This document shows, in pieces, positions 1-14,374 of a DNA stretch of 64,000 bases. Both the position numbers and the translations under genes were made by a program. The notes below the pieces were generated by a model that was given only the letters and a program-made list of their open reading frames with translations, ran no database searches and had not been told where the DNA came from. Origin of the DNA: Antechinus flavipes (Eukaryota); assembly GCF_016432865.1 (NCBI RefSeq), contig NC_067399.1:495070001-495134000 (forward strand), read 5' to 3'. Each line of letters starts with the position of its first letter. Within the stretch, counting starts at the first letter, position 1.

Positions 1-248
1 AGCTCTGAATCCCATCTCTGTCTCTTTCTCTCTGTGCTGCTATGTGACCCTGGGCAATTCAGAGGAGCCTCAGGTAAGGTGGGTCTGCAGGTCTCCTTGG
101 TTGGGCCCCTCTCTGGGGTCCAACTCTCTGGGGTGGTAAAGGAGATGTAATGATAAAGTTGAAAGTAAGGGAGGTGGGCAAAGGGAATCTGGTTGGATAG
201 AGACACTTTCCAGACAAACTGCCTTTGGTTCCCCCTTTACGTCTACAG

Positions 249-923
249 CTCTACACCATCGCCCTGATAGGCCCTGGACCCCAGGAACACACGCCAGCTC
301 AGATTTCTCGGCGCTACTCTGACTTTGAACGACTACACCGGCAACTTCGGCAGCAGTTTCGTGGTCCTATGGCTGCAGTTTCTTTTCCCCGAAAACGCCT
401 ACGGAGGAATTTTACTGCTGAGACTATTGCTCGGCGTAGCCGGGCCTTTGAACAATTTCTGGGGCACCTACAGGCTGTGCCTGAGCTTCGTCAGGCACCT
501 GATCTCCAGGACTTCTTCATTCTACCTGAGCTTCGACAGGCACAGAGACTCACCTGCACTGGTCTCTACCAGGAGGCCTTGAGGCTTTGGACCAATGCCT
601 GGCGCCTCCAGACTCAACTGGGCACTACAGGAGGGACCCATCGGACACTACTGACTCTGGTAGGCTTGGCTGTGTGCCACCAAGAGCTGGAACAACCCAG
701 CGAAGCAAGGCTGAACTGTGAGCAGGCTCTGCAGATGCTGGGGACTAGTGATTCTCATCCCCTGCTGGGACCTTTTCTTGAGGCTCATGTTCGCCTCTCC
801 TGGAGGCTTGGCATTGACAAGCGCCAGTCAGAGGCCCAGCTCCAGGCCCTACAAGAAGCTGGTCTCACCCCTACTCCACCCCCCAGCCTCAAGGAACTGC
901 TTATCAGGGAGGCCCTGGACTAA
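249..923 (+). CDS. SNX21: Sorting nexin 21, last coding exon (PX C-terminal half plus PXB/TPR region)
   Basis: Acceptor ccccctttacgtctacag|CTCTAC at 248/249. Encodes LYTIALIGPG..ISRRYSDFERLH..PPPSLKELLIREALD*, matching the recalled human SNX21 C-terminus. Stop TAA 921-923. Confidence 0.95.
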   Translation, partial: LYTIALIGPGPQEHTPAQISRRYSDFERLHRQLRQQFRGPMAAVSFPRKRLRRNFTAETIARRSRAFEQFLGHLQAVPELRQAPDLQDFFILPELRQAQRLTCTGLYQEALRLWTNAWRLQTQLGTTGGTHRTLLTLVGLAVCHQELEQPSEARLNCEQALQMLGTSDSHPLLGPFLEAHVRLSWRLGIDKRQSEAQLQALQEAGLTPTPPPSLKELLIREALD

Positions 924-990
924 AAGAGCTTTCCATCCTGACAGGGATGTTAGTGGGAGAAGGTAGGAGAACAAAGGCTGACAGGAATCC

Positions 991-996
991 AATAAA
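991..996 (+). terminator. Candidate SNX21 proximal poly(A) signal AATAAA (a second one at 1375-1380)
   Basis: Canonical hexamer 67 nt after the stop; usage not shown. Confidence 0.45.
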
Positions 997-1409
997 GGGT
1001 GGTAGGAACTAGAAAGATCATCGAATTCAAAAGAGATTTTAGAGATTCCCTAGAATAACCTCTCTGGATCTGCTTGCTTCTCTCTAAAATGGTCATATAA
1101 CTTGCCCACGCTCACAGCAGTAGCAGATCTTGAGACCCTCATTTCTTTTCTGCCCTTTTCCCCATTTTGCTGTGCCCTTGACTAGCCTGTGCTATGGTCA
1201 GGCTTACCTGCAGGTGGCAGTAATGGAAAAGGAGCAAGTCTAGCCTGTTTCTCTAGCTGCAATGGACTCCTCCCCAGGTAAAGTTCATATCTCTGTTCTA
1301 CCCTTTCCCATATGACTGAGGGACAGTCTCCTCAAAAGGCCAAGAGTAGTGGAGCAATTGCTCTAGCCCGGGGGAATAAAAAGGCTGAAACCTCCAAATG
1401 GTACCTATC

Positions 1410-1415
1410 TTTATT
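1410..1415 (-). terminator. Candidate ACOT8 poly(A) signal AATAAA
   Basis: tttatt on + strand, about 95 nt past the ACOT8 stop. Confidence 0.65.
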
Positions 1416-1510
1416 ATGTGCAAAGAATGGAAGGGGCACAGCCCCTGCCCACAGTTCTTGGTAGAACAGAATACAGGGATAGATCCGAGAAGTCTAGGGG
1501 CAGCTTCTTT

Positions 1511-1629
1511 CTACAGCTTACTCTCCAGCTCCTGCTGCTTCAGCCGGATCACACCCTCCTGGGCACATGTTACAGCCAGGACCCCATCTCGTCGCCACAG
1601 ACGCCCATGAACCAGTCCTCGAGAGCCAC
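1511..1629 (-). CDS. ACOT8: Acyl-CoA thioesterase 8, exon 6 (last)
   Basis: cccacag|GT GGC TCT CGA..; GSRGLVHGRLWRRDGVLAVTCAQEGVIRLKQQELESKL*; ends in peroxisomal PTS1 SKL. Confidence 0.95.
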
Positions 1630-2472
1630 CTGTGGGTTGGCAAGGAAAGTGAGCACCTGGCTTGTATAGCCTTTAAAAACCTCACTACTCTCCCTATCAA
1701 TAATGCCAATTCGCCACTCTTGGAAAGACTGGGGAAAGAGTACATTATCCCACGGGTGGGTTTGGAGGCTAGAGATGGCAACAAATGGGCCCAAGGTTCC
1801 CCGAATAGTAAAAGTAGCTGCCATTTATGTAGTGCTTTTATATAATCTTTTTTATCCTCAACAGTCCTGTATGATATTAAAGGCCTATCAATATACAGGT
1901 ATTGTTGTCCAGGTTTTCAAATGAGGAAACTTTTTACTCAGAGATGGGGCCAGCGCCTAGTTCTTCCAGGTCAGAGCTCTTTCTACCACATGACATTCTT
2001 TCTCAATAATCCACTATAGACCTGAAATCCAGCAATATCTCTCAAAGTATTTCCAGCTTGCACCACCTCTCTTGTGTAAGCAGTTTTATGAGGCCTACAT
2101 TTGATGCAGTGGAAAAAGCCTGTGTTTGTTATTAACTACTGGCATAATCTTGGATAAGTCACTTCTTTATGATCCTTGGTTTCCTCAAGTTTAAAATGAG
2201 AAGATTGAAAACTAGATGAATCCCAAAGGCTGTTTCCAGCTCTGGATCTTGTGATTTCCTGTTTCTTCATCTGGAGATATCCATGCCACTTCCAAATGAG
2301 ACAATAGCATTAGATAAAGATGAGGTAACACTGCTGGAATTCTAAAAGTGCTTTTCCCCTACTTGATCAGAGCCACCCTGCTACCCTGTCATTTTTCCAA
2401 ATGATCTTAATAGTCATGGTAGTTGTTTGTGAACCAGCCCTCCCACCATCTTTCCCTTTCTTCTGAACTCAC

Positions 2473-2667
2473 CAGCCCAGGGGCTTTCACACTCATACAG
2501 CATCCAGTGGTCAGCTCGGAAGGGGGCGTGGAACCACATGGAGTGATCAAGGGAGACCATGAACCGGACCTGATGGCGATGCTGGTGGGGAAGCATGGCA
2601 GTGCCCAGAAAGGCATAGTCGGAGATGTAGGCAGCCACACAGCAATGCATCTTCATGTCTCCTTCCC
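2473..2667 (-). CDS. ACOT8: ACOT8 exon 5
   Basis: tttcag|GGGAAGGAGAC..GCTG|gtgagt; EGDMKMHCCVAAYISDYAFLGTAML..YECESPWA; 195 nt, phase consistent. Confidence 0.96.
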
Positions 2668-2994
2668 CTGAAATGGTACCTACTGTTAGCTAGTGAGTCC
2701 ACAGAAGCCTCAGGTTCACAGAGGAATGTAGGAGAGGAAAGAGCAGCTGCTAAGCCATGGCATAGTGCAATAGAGAGGCAGAAGACCTGGATCTGAAATA
2801 GGTTCTTCTATTTACTCATGTTAACCTCCTTTTTTGTACTTTCTGGGTCTCGTTTTCCTCTCATGTACAATGAGGAGTTCTCCTATTTCTAAAATGGATG
2901 ATCTTATAATTGCCTAGGAAGATCTACTCTGAAATTTCTGACTTTAGCTGCTCCTAACTATCGCCCCTTGGGAGGGGGAAATGGCAACTCATAC

Positions 2995-3143
2995 CGATGT
3001 AGCCTCGAGCTCGAACCCAGAACATCTGCTTGGCCTTCTGTTGACCCAGGATGGGAAGGTCCACCAGTTTGATTTCAATGGGCACTTCTTGGGCAGCAAT
3101 TCGGTTCAATCCTATTTGATACTTCTTCCGTAGCTCAGGGTCC
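2995..3143 (-). CDS. ACOT8: ACOT8 exon 4
   Basis: tttctag|GGACCCTGAG..TACATCG|gtatga; DPELRKKYQIGLNRIAAQEVPIEIK..KQMFWVRARGYI; 149 nt. Confidence 0.93.
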
Positions 3144-4181
3144 CTAGAAAGAGTGAAAATGAGGCGGTATTTTAATACATGTGCAATCTAGACAGCTAGA
3201 ATGAGCCTTAGAGTCCCAGAGAGATGTGATTTGCCCAAAGTTATACAGCCCAAGTAGCAGAATTGGTGTTTCATAGCTCCATGCCCCGGGCTCAAAAGAG
3301 CTCTTGAAGTTCCCTATCCTTTCACATCTATTCAAAATCAAAGTCATGCAGAAGGAAAGAGATTTCTTCTGCTTGGTCACAAGGATCATGAGTAGCAAAC
3401 GTGGTAAAAGCTTCAGAGGAGACAAAATTTGGGCAAACTTGAGGGCAAAAAAGTTTTTTAACTGCCAGAACTGTCCAACAATAGACTGGAACCCAAAGGA
3501 AGTACTAAATTAATTACTCATCAAGGGAGGTCAATCAAGAAACGTGAACTTCCTTTTCAGATGTAAATTTGAAAGGATGACCTCCCAAAATGCCTTTCAA
3601 CTGAGATTATGTATGTAATTTCCTCCCTACTTGGCCTTTCATCCCCAACCAATGAATTACCAGTGTCCTATGTGAATGGAAGCAGCCAGACACCTCTGGC
3701 ATTTTATACTGCATTTGACAATCTTCTAGATAAGGGAGAAAATCCTCTGATAACTAGCCTTTCCTCCTTCCCTCAGCCTCATTTCTGTTCTCCCAAGGCT
3801 GTCCAACTCTGCATGAGAGGATAAAAGAGCATGAGGTCCCTGTCATTAGAAGGTTTTAAGCATACTTAATGAAACAATAAAACTTGTTCAGACAAGAGGT
3901 GGATTAGATAACCTGAGTTCCTAACTCTGAGATTCTGGGGTGAAGCTTGCTTTCAACCACAAAGTCCAATATCCCTGAGCCTCAGACTTTAGGATGCCCC
4001 AATTCCTAAAGTTTCTATCATTAATCTTTCCAAAACAAATGTCCACATATCCAACCTTGCCTTGGTCCTAGAAGGTAGGTACGACAGAGACTATTTCTAT
4101 CTCAAAAGAAAAACGGGACATAGTCTAAGGTCCCAGAGAAGAGCCCCGCAGTTAGATGTGCTTCCTAAGCCAAAGCCTCAC

Positions 4182-4407
4182 CTTATGCATTTGTCTATGA
4201 GCTCCTCATGGCTAAGAAGCTCCTCTGGTGGGGGGATGGGCGGCATAGAGAACTGGTGCTGGACAGGGCTGGGCTGGGCCTGCTGGAATGAAGCCTGGCA
4301 GATGAAGATGGCCTTGCCATGCTGCACGGCTTTCACTGAGCGTACAGAGAAACTGGCTCCTGTGCGTGTCCGTTCCACCTGGTACAACACCGGCACCTTT
4401 GGGTCCC
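4182..4407 (-). CDS. ACOT8: ACOT8 exon 3
   Basis: cctgcag|GGGACCCAAAG..ATAAG|gtgagg; DPKVPVLYQVERTRTGASFSVRSVKAVQHGKAIFICQASFQ; 226 nt. Confidence 0.96.
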
Positions 4408-5137
4408 CTGCAGGGGACAAGGGAGCACTAGATGAGCCTGGGTGCGGCCTTTCCAGGTGAGCCCAGAGTCACACAGAATAGTTCTGCTGCCAAGGACCTC
4501 AGCACACTGAATGTTGGCACTACCAGGGACCTCAAAAACCATCTTGGTATAATGAAAAGAGCACCAGATTTGGAGTCAGGGCACCTAATACTGGCCCTAA
4601 TACTTAGTACTATGGGGCCTGGCCAAGTGATTTTCCTTCTACACAGTAATGCTCACAATACTTGCCTTATAGGGTGGTTGAAAAGCTCAAATTAGATAAT
4701 ATGAAGTACTCTGTAAATCATACAGAGGTAAATGTGAATCCAGTTATGATTGACCCTGCTCTTCTCCCCCACAATCATCATCTTGTGGATGAGAAAGAGG
4801 CTTAGAAAGGAGAACTGACTTTTCCAACAAGTAGTAGCAGTGTGCAGACTAAAACTCAAGTCCCTGTATTTTATACCTCAATACCTCATAAAAATGGGTA
4901 GCAGAAGGTCTACCAGTCTCAGGGTCACCCATGCATGAATGAAATCGTAAGTAATAATGTCAAAGTCTGTCTTAGCATCTCTAGTTCTGCAGTTAACACA
5001 AAGGAAGCTCCCTCCTAAATAGTTAACCATGTCCCCAGCATTTAGTATGGTATCCTCAGAATAGAGAGCACAGATGCATGGGTGTATGCTGTTAATGGTT
5101 GGGGGGGTGGTAGTAGGAAGAGGAAGAGGAAAGATAC

Positions 5138-5274
5138 CTGCTCTCACGAAGTAGCAATGCAAGGAATGAACATGAACATCTTCGCTCACAGATTTGGCAG
5201 CAGCCACCAAGGCCTGGCCAACAATCTGACCTCCAAAGAGCCTTTTGGTTGTGGGTACCCAGTAATGCCTCCCC
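5138..5274 (-). CDS. ACOT8: ACOT8 exon 2
   Basis: ttcacag|GGGGAGGCAT..GAGCAG|gtatct; GRHYWVPTTKRLFGGQIVGQALVAAAKSVSEDVHVHSLHCYFVRA; 137 nt. Confidence 0.96.
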
Positions 5275-6199
5275 CTGTGAATAGAGAGAAACAGAGGAAA
5301 AGGTCTACAAATACAATTGCCTTAAGGATGCTTTCATCCCCTGCTTCTTATACTGTAATTATATGAGAACTCCTAACTGAATGTAGAGATTGCAAAATAT
5401 AAATTATTTTGATATGTTTGATGTGTATGCCTACTTTATATAATATCTACCTGGAGTCTTGTAAAAATATTTTGGGCAAAAAAAGGTTGTAAATAGAAAG
5501 TTTAAGAAACCCTAATCTCATTTTGCAGAGGGAGAAACTAAAGCACAAAGAATGCAACTAGTAGTATTAGCTCATACAGTCAGTCAGAAGCTTGTGCTAG
5601 AACCTATACTATCTGTCTAGTTTCTTTTCACTGTATAAACTAACTAAAATTTGAGAAAAGTTACTAAGTTCCATACTATCTAAAACGAATAAACCTTGTC
5701 CTTAGATGGAAAAAAGCATCTAGATTTGGTAACCTGGTAACCCAGAGAGGGGTAAGGAAAGGAGGTCGGTAAAGAACTCAATAAATAGTAAGTGATTACT
5801 TCAATGCCTAGAATTGTGTTTGGAATTGGAAACTTGCTCTGGATCCAAGCCTAAGTCCTCTGGCCTCTGAGAGCATTTAAAGACTGGGCCTCTGGGTTGC
5901 TATGTAACTACAAGCTTAGCACCGGGGCAGGAGCGTTAGTGAGAAGTAGGTTCAGGATTCAGTTCTGGGCGAGGGCTTCCAGGCTACACGCTCTGAGGTT
6001 AGGCTCAATCACATTTTGTCCCAAAGAACTTCAGCATCTAGCCCAGGATCTTGCCCACAATCAGTGCTTAATACTTGGAGACTGACTGGCACGGATGCAC
6101 ATCCACCCCAATACAGCAGCACTCTAGGAAAAATCTCAGAGATCGTGGGGAAGGTCCCGGCCACTGGGACTCCCAGGTCACCGAGTCCGGGGCTCCCCA

Positions 6200-7373
<1,174 letters not shown>

Positions 7374-9342
7374 TAAGAGTGCCTCCCCTGCCTCCCCTGG
7401 GCCCGGGTGCAGAGGGGGGAGATGCCAGGGAAGGGAAGCAACCCCAGCATCCCTTTCCCACTGACCATGGCGCTTGCCCAATACCCACCACCTGCTGGGT
7501 TCCATGGAATTGAGGGCAGGAAATGGGAACTTTGGACTTCCTTAAGTGGCTGTTGAGCTGTAGAGCTTGGATTTGAGGCCCCCAAAGCCTTCTGATTGTA
7601 GAACCAGTGTTCTCTCCCTTACACCACGTTGCTCATTGATTTGCTGACCACAGCACTCTCCTGTTCTATAACCTGCCATAGTTCCCATGGTCTACAAAAT
7701 GAAATCCATAACCTCCCTCCAATATACCGTTTACTTTATTAATTCATTCTACTCCATTTCAGGCATCCTAGACTAGACAGAGGCAGCATGATGTGGGTAG
7801 AGTGCTAGATTTGTAATCAGCAGGACCTAAGCTCCTCTCTTGCTTCAGATACTAATTAGGCACCCTGGACCAGGCAGTTAGCCTTCCTGAGCTTCAGTTT
7901 CTCCATCTGTAAAATTAGGATAAGCCTGTCATCTATCTCAAAGTTTTGAGAAGATCACATGAAATGGAATGAATTTAAAGGGCTTCAGAAATCTAATATA
8001 GATCTGTGTGGATTATTTTTATGGCCAAATTAGATCACTTCCTTTTCAGATATCATCTAGGTGGTACTGTGGAATCAGGAAGCTCTAAGGTCAATTATGA
8101 CCTCAGATTCTAGCCCTTCATCCTTGGGCAATCAATTACTCAATTACATAGTACCTGCTTTGTGAGGATTGTGAGGATCCAACGAGAATATCTGAAAAAA
8201 CCTTAGAGCAGTGTCTGACACATGATAGATATTATATCAGTACTAGCTGTACCAATTCCCAATTCATGCTCTCTTGCTGGCCATTTTCCTGTGCTTAGAG
8301 TGTACTCTTTCTATGTCTTTTATTGTTGAAATTAGATTTATCCAAGATGCACTTCATGTTCCACTCATCATGAAAAACTTCCTTCATTCACTTACATAAT
8401 ATACCCCTACAGCTGGGATTACTATAAATTAGTAATAGATTGACTTGAAATTGAACAGATTACTATCCTAATGCAATTCCCTTATAATGAAATCAACCTA
8501 ACATTTGCTCTCCATTTTAGAGATGAGAAAACTGAAGGAAAAAATTTCCTCAAACCTAAGTTTGTAACCCAATTGAGACTTGAATTGAAGCTTCTTGACT
8601 TCATATCTCATTCTCTTAGCATAATAAAGTACATCTCCCTTATGTATGCTTTTGGGATCCTCATTTTGTAGCCATATTACAGTAAAAGTTATTACTTTTC
8701 TTCTCTGTAAAATGAGGTTCCTGGGCCTCAGCTGGACCAGGTGATCTCTTGAGATTCTGTCTAGTTCTGAAACCTATGATCCAATGAATTCTTAACTAGG
8801 GTGCTCTGTACTGTGCTTCAGCACGATGTGAAAGAAATTATCTATTCTCTGCTCTCTAGACTTACAGTTTGTCCCAAGGATCAAATGAATTACATAGTCA
8901 AGTTGTTTTCTTATCTGTAAGATAGAGATCATAATACTTCTACCCATGTCATCAGGCTATTGTGCAGAAATTATCTTCTAAAGTAGCATGGAAATATGAC
9001 ATTATAGTTTCTTACATCTAGATGAGTATGTTACTGTTTATTTATCATTTCTTCATACATAGTTTCATTCAATCCCTGCAATAACATCATGATATGTAGG
9101 GCAGAGAAAAGCCTGGTAACTTGCCCAAATGAATGATAGGCCAGAAAAAAAAAAAATCAGCATCTTCTGTGTTCCAGTTCAGTGTTCTTTAAGCCATTCT
9201 AGTCACATATTAAGGAAAATGGTCAGGAAGCAGTATACAAGGTGAATCCGAAAAATGAAAATCTATTGGTTAATGCAAGGCAGTAAATCATACTAATAGT
9301 TGTGGCAAGTATACTTGAACTTCTAGTCCAAGATTTCCTACC

Positions 9343-9488
9343 TTTTCTTCTTTTTTTTTTTCCCCCTGAGGCAATTGGGGTTAAGTGATTTGCCCAGGGC
9401 CACACAGCTAGGAAGTATTGTGTCTGAAGTCAAATTTGAACTCAGGTCCTTCTGATTTCAAGTGCTCTATCCATTGCACCAACTAGGC
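9343..9488 (-). mobile_element. WSINE1-like tRNA-derived SINE
   Basis: T-run, then gaggcaattggggttaagtgatttgcccagggccacacagctagg..tttgaactcagg; resembles the recalled WSINE1 consensus. Confidence 0.7.
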
Positions 9489-9660
9489 ATTATGGTCCTA
9501 TCTTTTCTAAGGAGGTAGATGCCCCCTTTTTTTTAATGTACCCCAATTTTTGCTATCTTTTATCATCCAGTGATGTAAAGAAAAGTGAACACCTTAGCAC
9601 TTTAAAAATAATTTGGATTTAATTCTTCACAAGCCTCCATACATTTGAAAGCTAGAAATA

Positions 9661-9720
9661 TATACATATATATGTGTGTATATATATATATACACATACA
9701 CACACACACTCACACACACA
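9661..9720. repeat. Compound (TA)n/(CA)n microsatellite
   Basis: Seen directly. Confidence 0.85.
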
Positions 9721-10328
9721 AAGTAATCTTATTCCTGAAGGTGGTGTTTGCTTATTGATCACATTCATTTAATTGAGCTTGCTATTGAGACTATTGCTTT
9801 GCCAATTTCTGAGATCAGTAACTTGTTTGGAGTGATGAAAATTCCACTTATACAAACTTATGTTGACTTCAAAATCATCAGATACTTCACAGTTTGATTA
9901 GGCATGTCTGTCTACTTGGAAAGAATAGCTAGAAGTTACTTGGGTTAATTTTAGGTTAATTTTAAAGAAGTTTTTTTTTCCCTTCCTTTTGGCCAAAAAT
10001 GAAGATTAGTTACATAAATCTGTGAAAAGAAAGCAAACAGTTGCCCTGCATGTTTTGGTGGAACTACATACATATCTAACAATGCTTCTATATGTTTGGG
10101 TTCATGGATCTTGCAACCCGTCACTCTGTGATCCCCCACAAAGTAGGAAGCTCTTTTAATCAGCTGTGCACCTCCGTTTAAAAAAAAAATTCCCTACCTG
10201 ATAATATTTTATTGTTTCCAATTACATGTAAAAATAGTTTTCAATATTCACTTTAATGAGATTTTGAGTTATTTTTTCTCCCTCCTCAAGCCCCTCCCCA
10301 AGATGGCAAGCAATCTCATTTGGGTTAT

Positions 10329-10330
<2 letters not shown>

Positions 10331-10376
<46 letters not shown>

Positions 10377-10385
10377 ACACACACA
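10331..10385. repeat. (GT)n microsatellite inside an L1 3' UTR
   Basis: About 20 GT units seen directly. Confidence 0.9.
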
Positions 10386-12625
10386 ATCAAATTTAACATA
10401 TTTACACGTCAGGTTGTAAAAGAAAAATCAGAACATAAAAAAAGAAAAAACAAAATCTTCCAGCTCATCATTTGTAATAGCACAATAGGATTCCATTACT
10501 TTCATATACCATAATTTGTTTAGCCATTACCAGTTGGATGGGCATCCCCTCAATTTCCAAATCTTGGCATCACAGAAAGAGCTATTAGAAATATTTTTGT
10601 TTATATGAGTCCTTTTCCCTTTTTTATCTCTTTGGGATACAGACCTAGTAGTGGCATTGCTGGATCAAAAAATAGGCATAAATTTATAGCACTTTGGGCA
10701 TAGTTCCAAGTTGTTCTCAAGAATGATTGGATCAGTTCACAACTGCACCAACAGTACATCAGTGTCCCATTTTTCCCATATTCCATCCAACATTTATCAT
10801 TTTCTTTTCCTGTTATCTTAGCCAATGTGATACGTTGAGAGGGTACGTCAGAGTTGTTTTAATTTTCATTTTTCTGATTAATTGTAATTAGAGCATTTTT
10901 CATATCACTATAGTTAATTTCTTCATTTGAGAACTGCCTGATCATATTTTTTAACTTATTTATCAATTAGGGAATGACTTCTATTATAAATTTATCTCAG
11001 TTCTCAGTATGTTTTAGAAATGCCATTAACAAAAACACTGGCTAAAAGAAGTTTCCCATCATTCTGCTTTCTTTCTAATCTTAGCTGTGCTGGTTTTACT
11101 TATGCAAAACCTTTTTAATTTGAAGTAATCCGAATTGTCCATTTTGCATTTCATAATGTTCATTCTCTTATATTTAGTCTCATATATAGATCTGACAGGT
11201 AAACTATTCCTTGCTCTCCTAATTTCCTTGTATCACCTTTTATGTCTAAATCCCAGCTTCTTAAACTTTGATTCATGACCCCATCTCAGTCTTGTAACTA
11301 AATGTGGGGGAGGTCACAAAATTATTATTATTATCAGTAAATGTTTGATTTGTATACCCACTTTGACCCTATCTTAGTATATGGTGTGAGATGATATCAA
11401 TGTCTACTTTCTGGCATATTATTTTCCAGTTCTCCTAGCAGTTCTTGTCAAATAGTAACTTCTTATCCCAGAAGCTGGAGTCTTTGGATTTATCAAATTA
11501 CTTTGTCTTGTACTGGTACTCTACTTGTGTACCTAGCCTATTCCACTGAACCACCACTCTATTTCTTAGCCAATATCAAATAGTTTTGATAATTGATACT
11601 TTATAATATAGTTTTAGATCTGGTATGGCTAGGTAGGCTGGTATGGCCTAGCCACCTTCCTTAGTATTATTTTTCCCTTAATTCCCTATTCTTTTTTTTT
11701 TTTCATCAGTTACAGTAAAAACATTTTGGGGAGTTATACATATATTCCTTTTTTTTTTACATATATATTTATGAATCATGATGGGAGAGAAAAATCATGA
11801 GAGGAAAAAAACAAGGAAAAAAAAAGGAAACATAGCATGTACTGATTTACATTCAATCTCCATAGTTCTTTCTCTAGATGCAGATCATGTTTTTCATCCA
11901 AAGTTTATTGGATTTATCTTGGATCACTGAACCACTGAGAAGAAGGAAATCTGTCACTGTTGATCATTGCATAATCTTGTTGCCCATTGTTTTCCTGGTT
12001 CTGCTTACTTCACTCAATATCAGTTCACACAGTTCTTTTCAGGATTTTCTGAAGTCAGCCTTCTCATTTCAGAACAAAAATATTCATATCTCATAACTTC
12101 AGCCATTCCCCAACTAATGGGTATATATATTCAGTTTCCAGTACAAAAAAGCCACCACAAAAGGCTGCTACATACATTTTTGTACATATGGATCCTTTTT
12201 CCTTTTTTATGATCTTTTAGAGATACAGACCCAGAAGTAAGACTTCTGGGTCAAAGGATATGCAGAGTTTTATAGCTCTTTGGACATAGTTCCAAATTAT
12301 TCTGCAGAACGGTTGGATCATTTCATAATTCGACCAACAATGTATGTACTTTAAATGATGTAGTATTTGATTTAGTATTCTAGTTTTTTTAGTTATTCCA
12401 GTTTTCCCACATCCTCTTCAAATTTATCATTATCTTTTCTTCTCATCTGATAGGTTCCTTAGAGTTGTTTTAATTTGCATCTCTAATCAATAGTGATTTA
12501 CAGCATTTTTTCATTTGACTAAAAATGTCATTAATCAATGACATTTATCTGAAAATTGTCTATTGATATCCTTATAACTTTATCAATTGGGGAATGACTT
12601 GTATTATAAATTTGACTTGTTTTCT

Positions 12626-12694
12626 TTTTTTTTTTTTTTTTAATTTTTATTTTAAAATTACTTTATATTGACAGAATCCATGCCAGGGTAATTT
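12626..12694 (-). mobile_element. 69-bp extremely 5'-truncated young L1
   Basis: Perfect 17-bp TSD aatttgacttgttttct at 12609-12625 and 12695-12711; poly(T) plus L1 terminal motif tttatattgacagaatccatgccagggtaattt. Confidence 0.85.
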
Positions 12695-14050
12695 AATTTG
12701 ACTTGTTTTCTTGAATTCTTTATGTATTTTAGAAATGAGGCCTTTATTAGAAATACGGGTATATTGTTTCCTAGCATTCTGTTTCCCCTTTAACCTTGGC
12801 TGTGGTGATTTTTATTTATGCAAAACCTTTTTAATTTAACAGAATAAAAGTTGTCCATTTTGGATTTTATAATGTTCTCTAGTTCTTTGGTCATAAATTC
12901 GTCCCTTTCCCAAAGATGTGATAGGTAAACTATATCTAGCTCTTCTAATTTGCTTATAGTTTCAACCTTTATTCTTAAATCATGTACTTATTTTGACCTT
13001 ATTTGGTTGTGGAGTGTGAAATGTGATCTATATCTTGTTTCTGACATACTATTTCCTAGTTTTCCCAGCAATCTTTTTTAAATGGTGAGTTCTTATCCCA
13101 TAAGCTGGAGTTCAGAGTTATCAAATACTAGATTACTATAGTCATTTATTATTGTGTCTAACCTATTCCACTGATCCACCACTCTATTTCTTAGCCAGTA
13201 TCATGTAGTTTTGATGATTTACTTTATAAGCATTTTAGATCTGATACTGTGAGTATCATCCTTGATAAATTTTTTTTCATTAATTCCCTTGATATTTTTG
13301 ACTTTTTGTTCTTCCAAATGAATTTTGTTATTATTTTTTTCTAACACTATAAAATAATTTTTCTTTAGCAATTTGACTAAACAAATACATTAATTTAGGT
13401 GGAATTGTCATTTTTATTATATTAGTTTGGCCTACTCGTGAGTTATTGATATTTTTCCAATTATTTAAATCTGACTTTATATGAATAGTGTTTTGTAATT
13501 GTATTCATATAGTTCCTGGGTTGATTTTGGCAAGAAGATTCCCAAATATTTTATGTTGTCTACAGTTATATGTTTTTTAAATTGTATTATAGCTTTTTAT
13601 TTACAAAACATATGCATGGGTAATTTTTCAATATTGACTCTTGCAAAACCTTGTGTTCCAAATTTTCCCCTCCTTTCCCACCCCTCCTCTAGATGGAAGG
13701 TAGTCCAATACATGTTAAATATGTTAAAATATTTCAACAGTTATTTTTAATGGAATTTTTCTTTCCATCTCTTGCTGTTAGGTTTTGTTAGTAATATATC
13801 GAAATGCTGGTGATTTATGTGAGTTTATTTTGTGTTCTGCAACTTTGCTAAAGATGTTAATTATTCCAAGTAGTTTTTTAGTATATTAACATCAGTATAT
13901 TAATTATTAACATCTAAGTATATTAACATCATCTACAAAGAGTAATCGTTTTGTTTCCTCATTGCCTATTCTAATTCCTTCAATTTCTTTTTCTTCTTCT
14001 CTTATTGCTAAAATTAACATTTTCAGTATTACATTGAATAATAATAGTGA

Positions 14051-14374
14051 CCCAAAGAAAGAACACTGGGAAATGAATATGAACTATTTGCATTTTTGAT
14101 TTTCTTCCCGGGTTATTTTTACCTTCTGAATCCAATTCTCCCTGCGCAACGAGAGAACTGTTCTGTTCTGCAAACATATATTGATTGTATCTAGGATATA
14201 CTGCAACATATCTAACATACATAAGACTGCTTGCCATCTAGGGGAGGGAGTGGAGGGAGGGAAGGGAAAAATCGGAACAGAAGCAAGTGCAAGGGATAAT
14301 GTTGTAAAAAAATTACCCTGGCATGGATTCTGTCAATATAAAGTTATTAAATAAAATAAAATTAAAAAAAAAAA
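14051..14374 (+). mobile_element. 5'-truncated young L1 3' end nested in an older L1
   Basis: TSD gaataataatagtga (14036-14050) vs gaagaagaatagtga (14375-14389), 13/15 identical; same 3' terminus as the elements at 12626 and 21464. Confidence 0.82.

Noticed and set aside
71-78. Strong donor-like cag|gtaagg upstream of the SNX21 last exon
   Set aside because: The upstream sequence does not encode the expected SNX21 residues and looks SINE-derived; no acceptor or frame support in the window.
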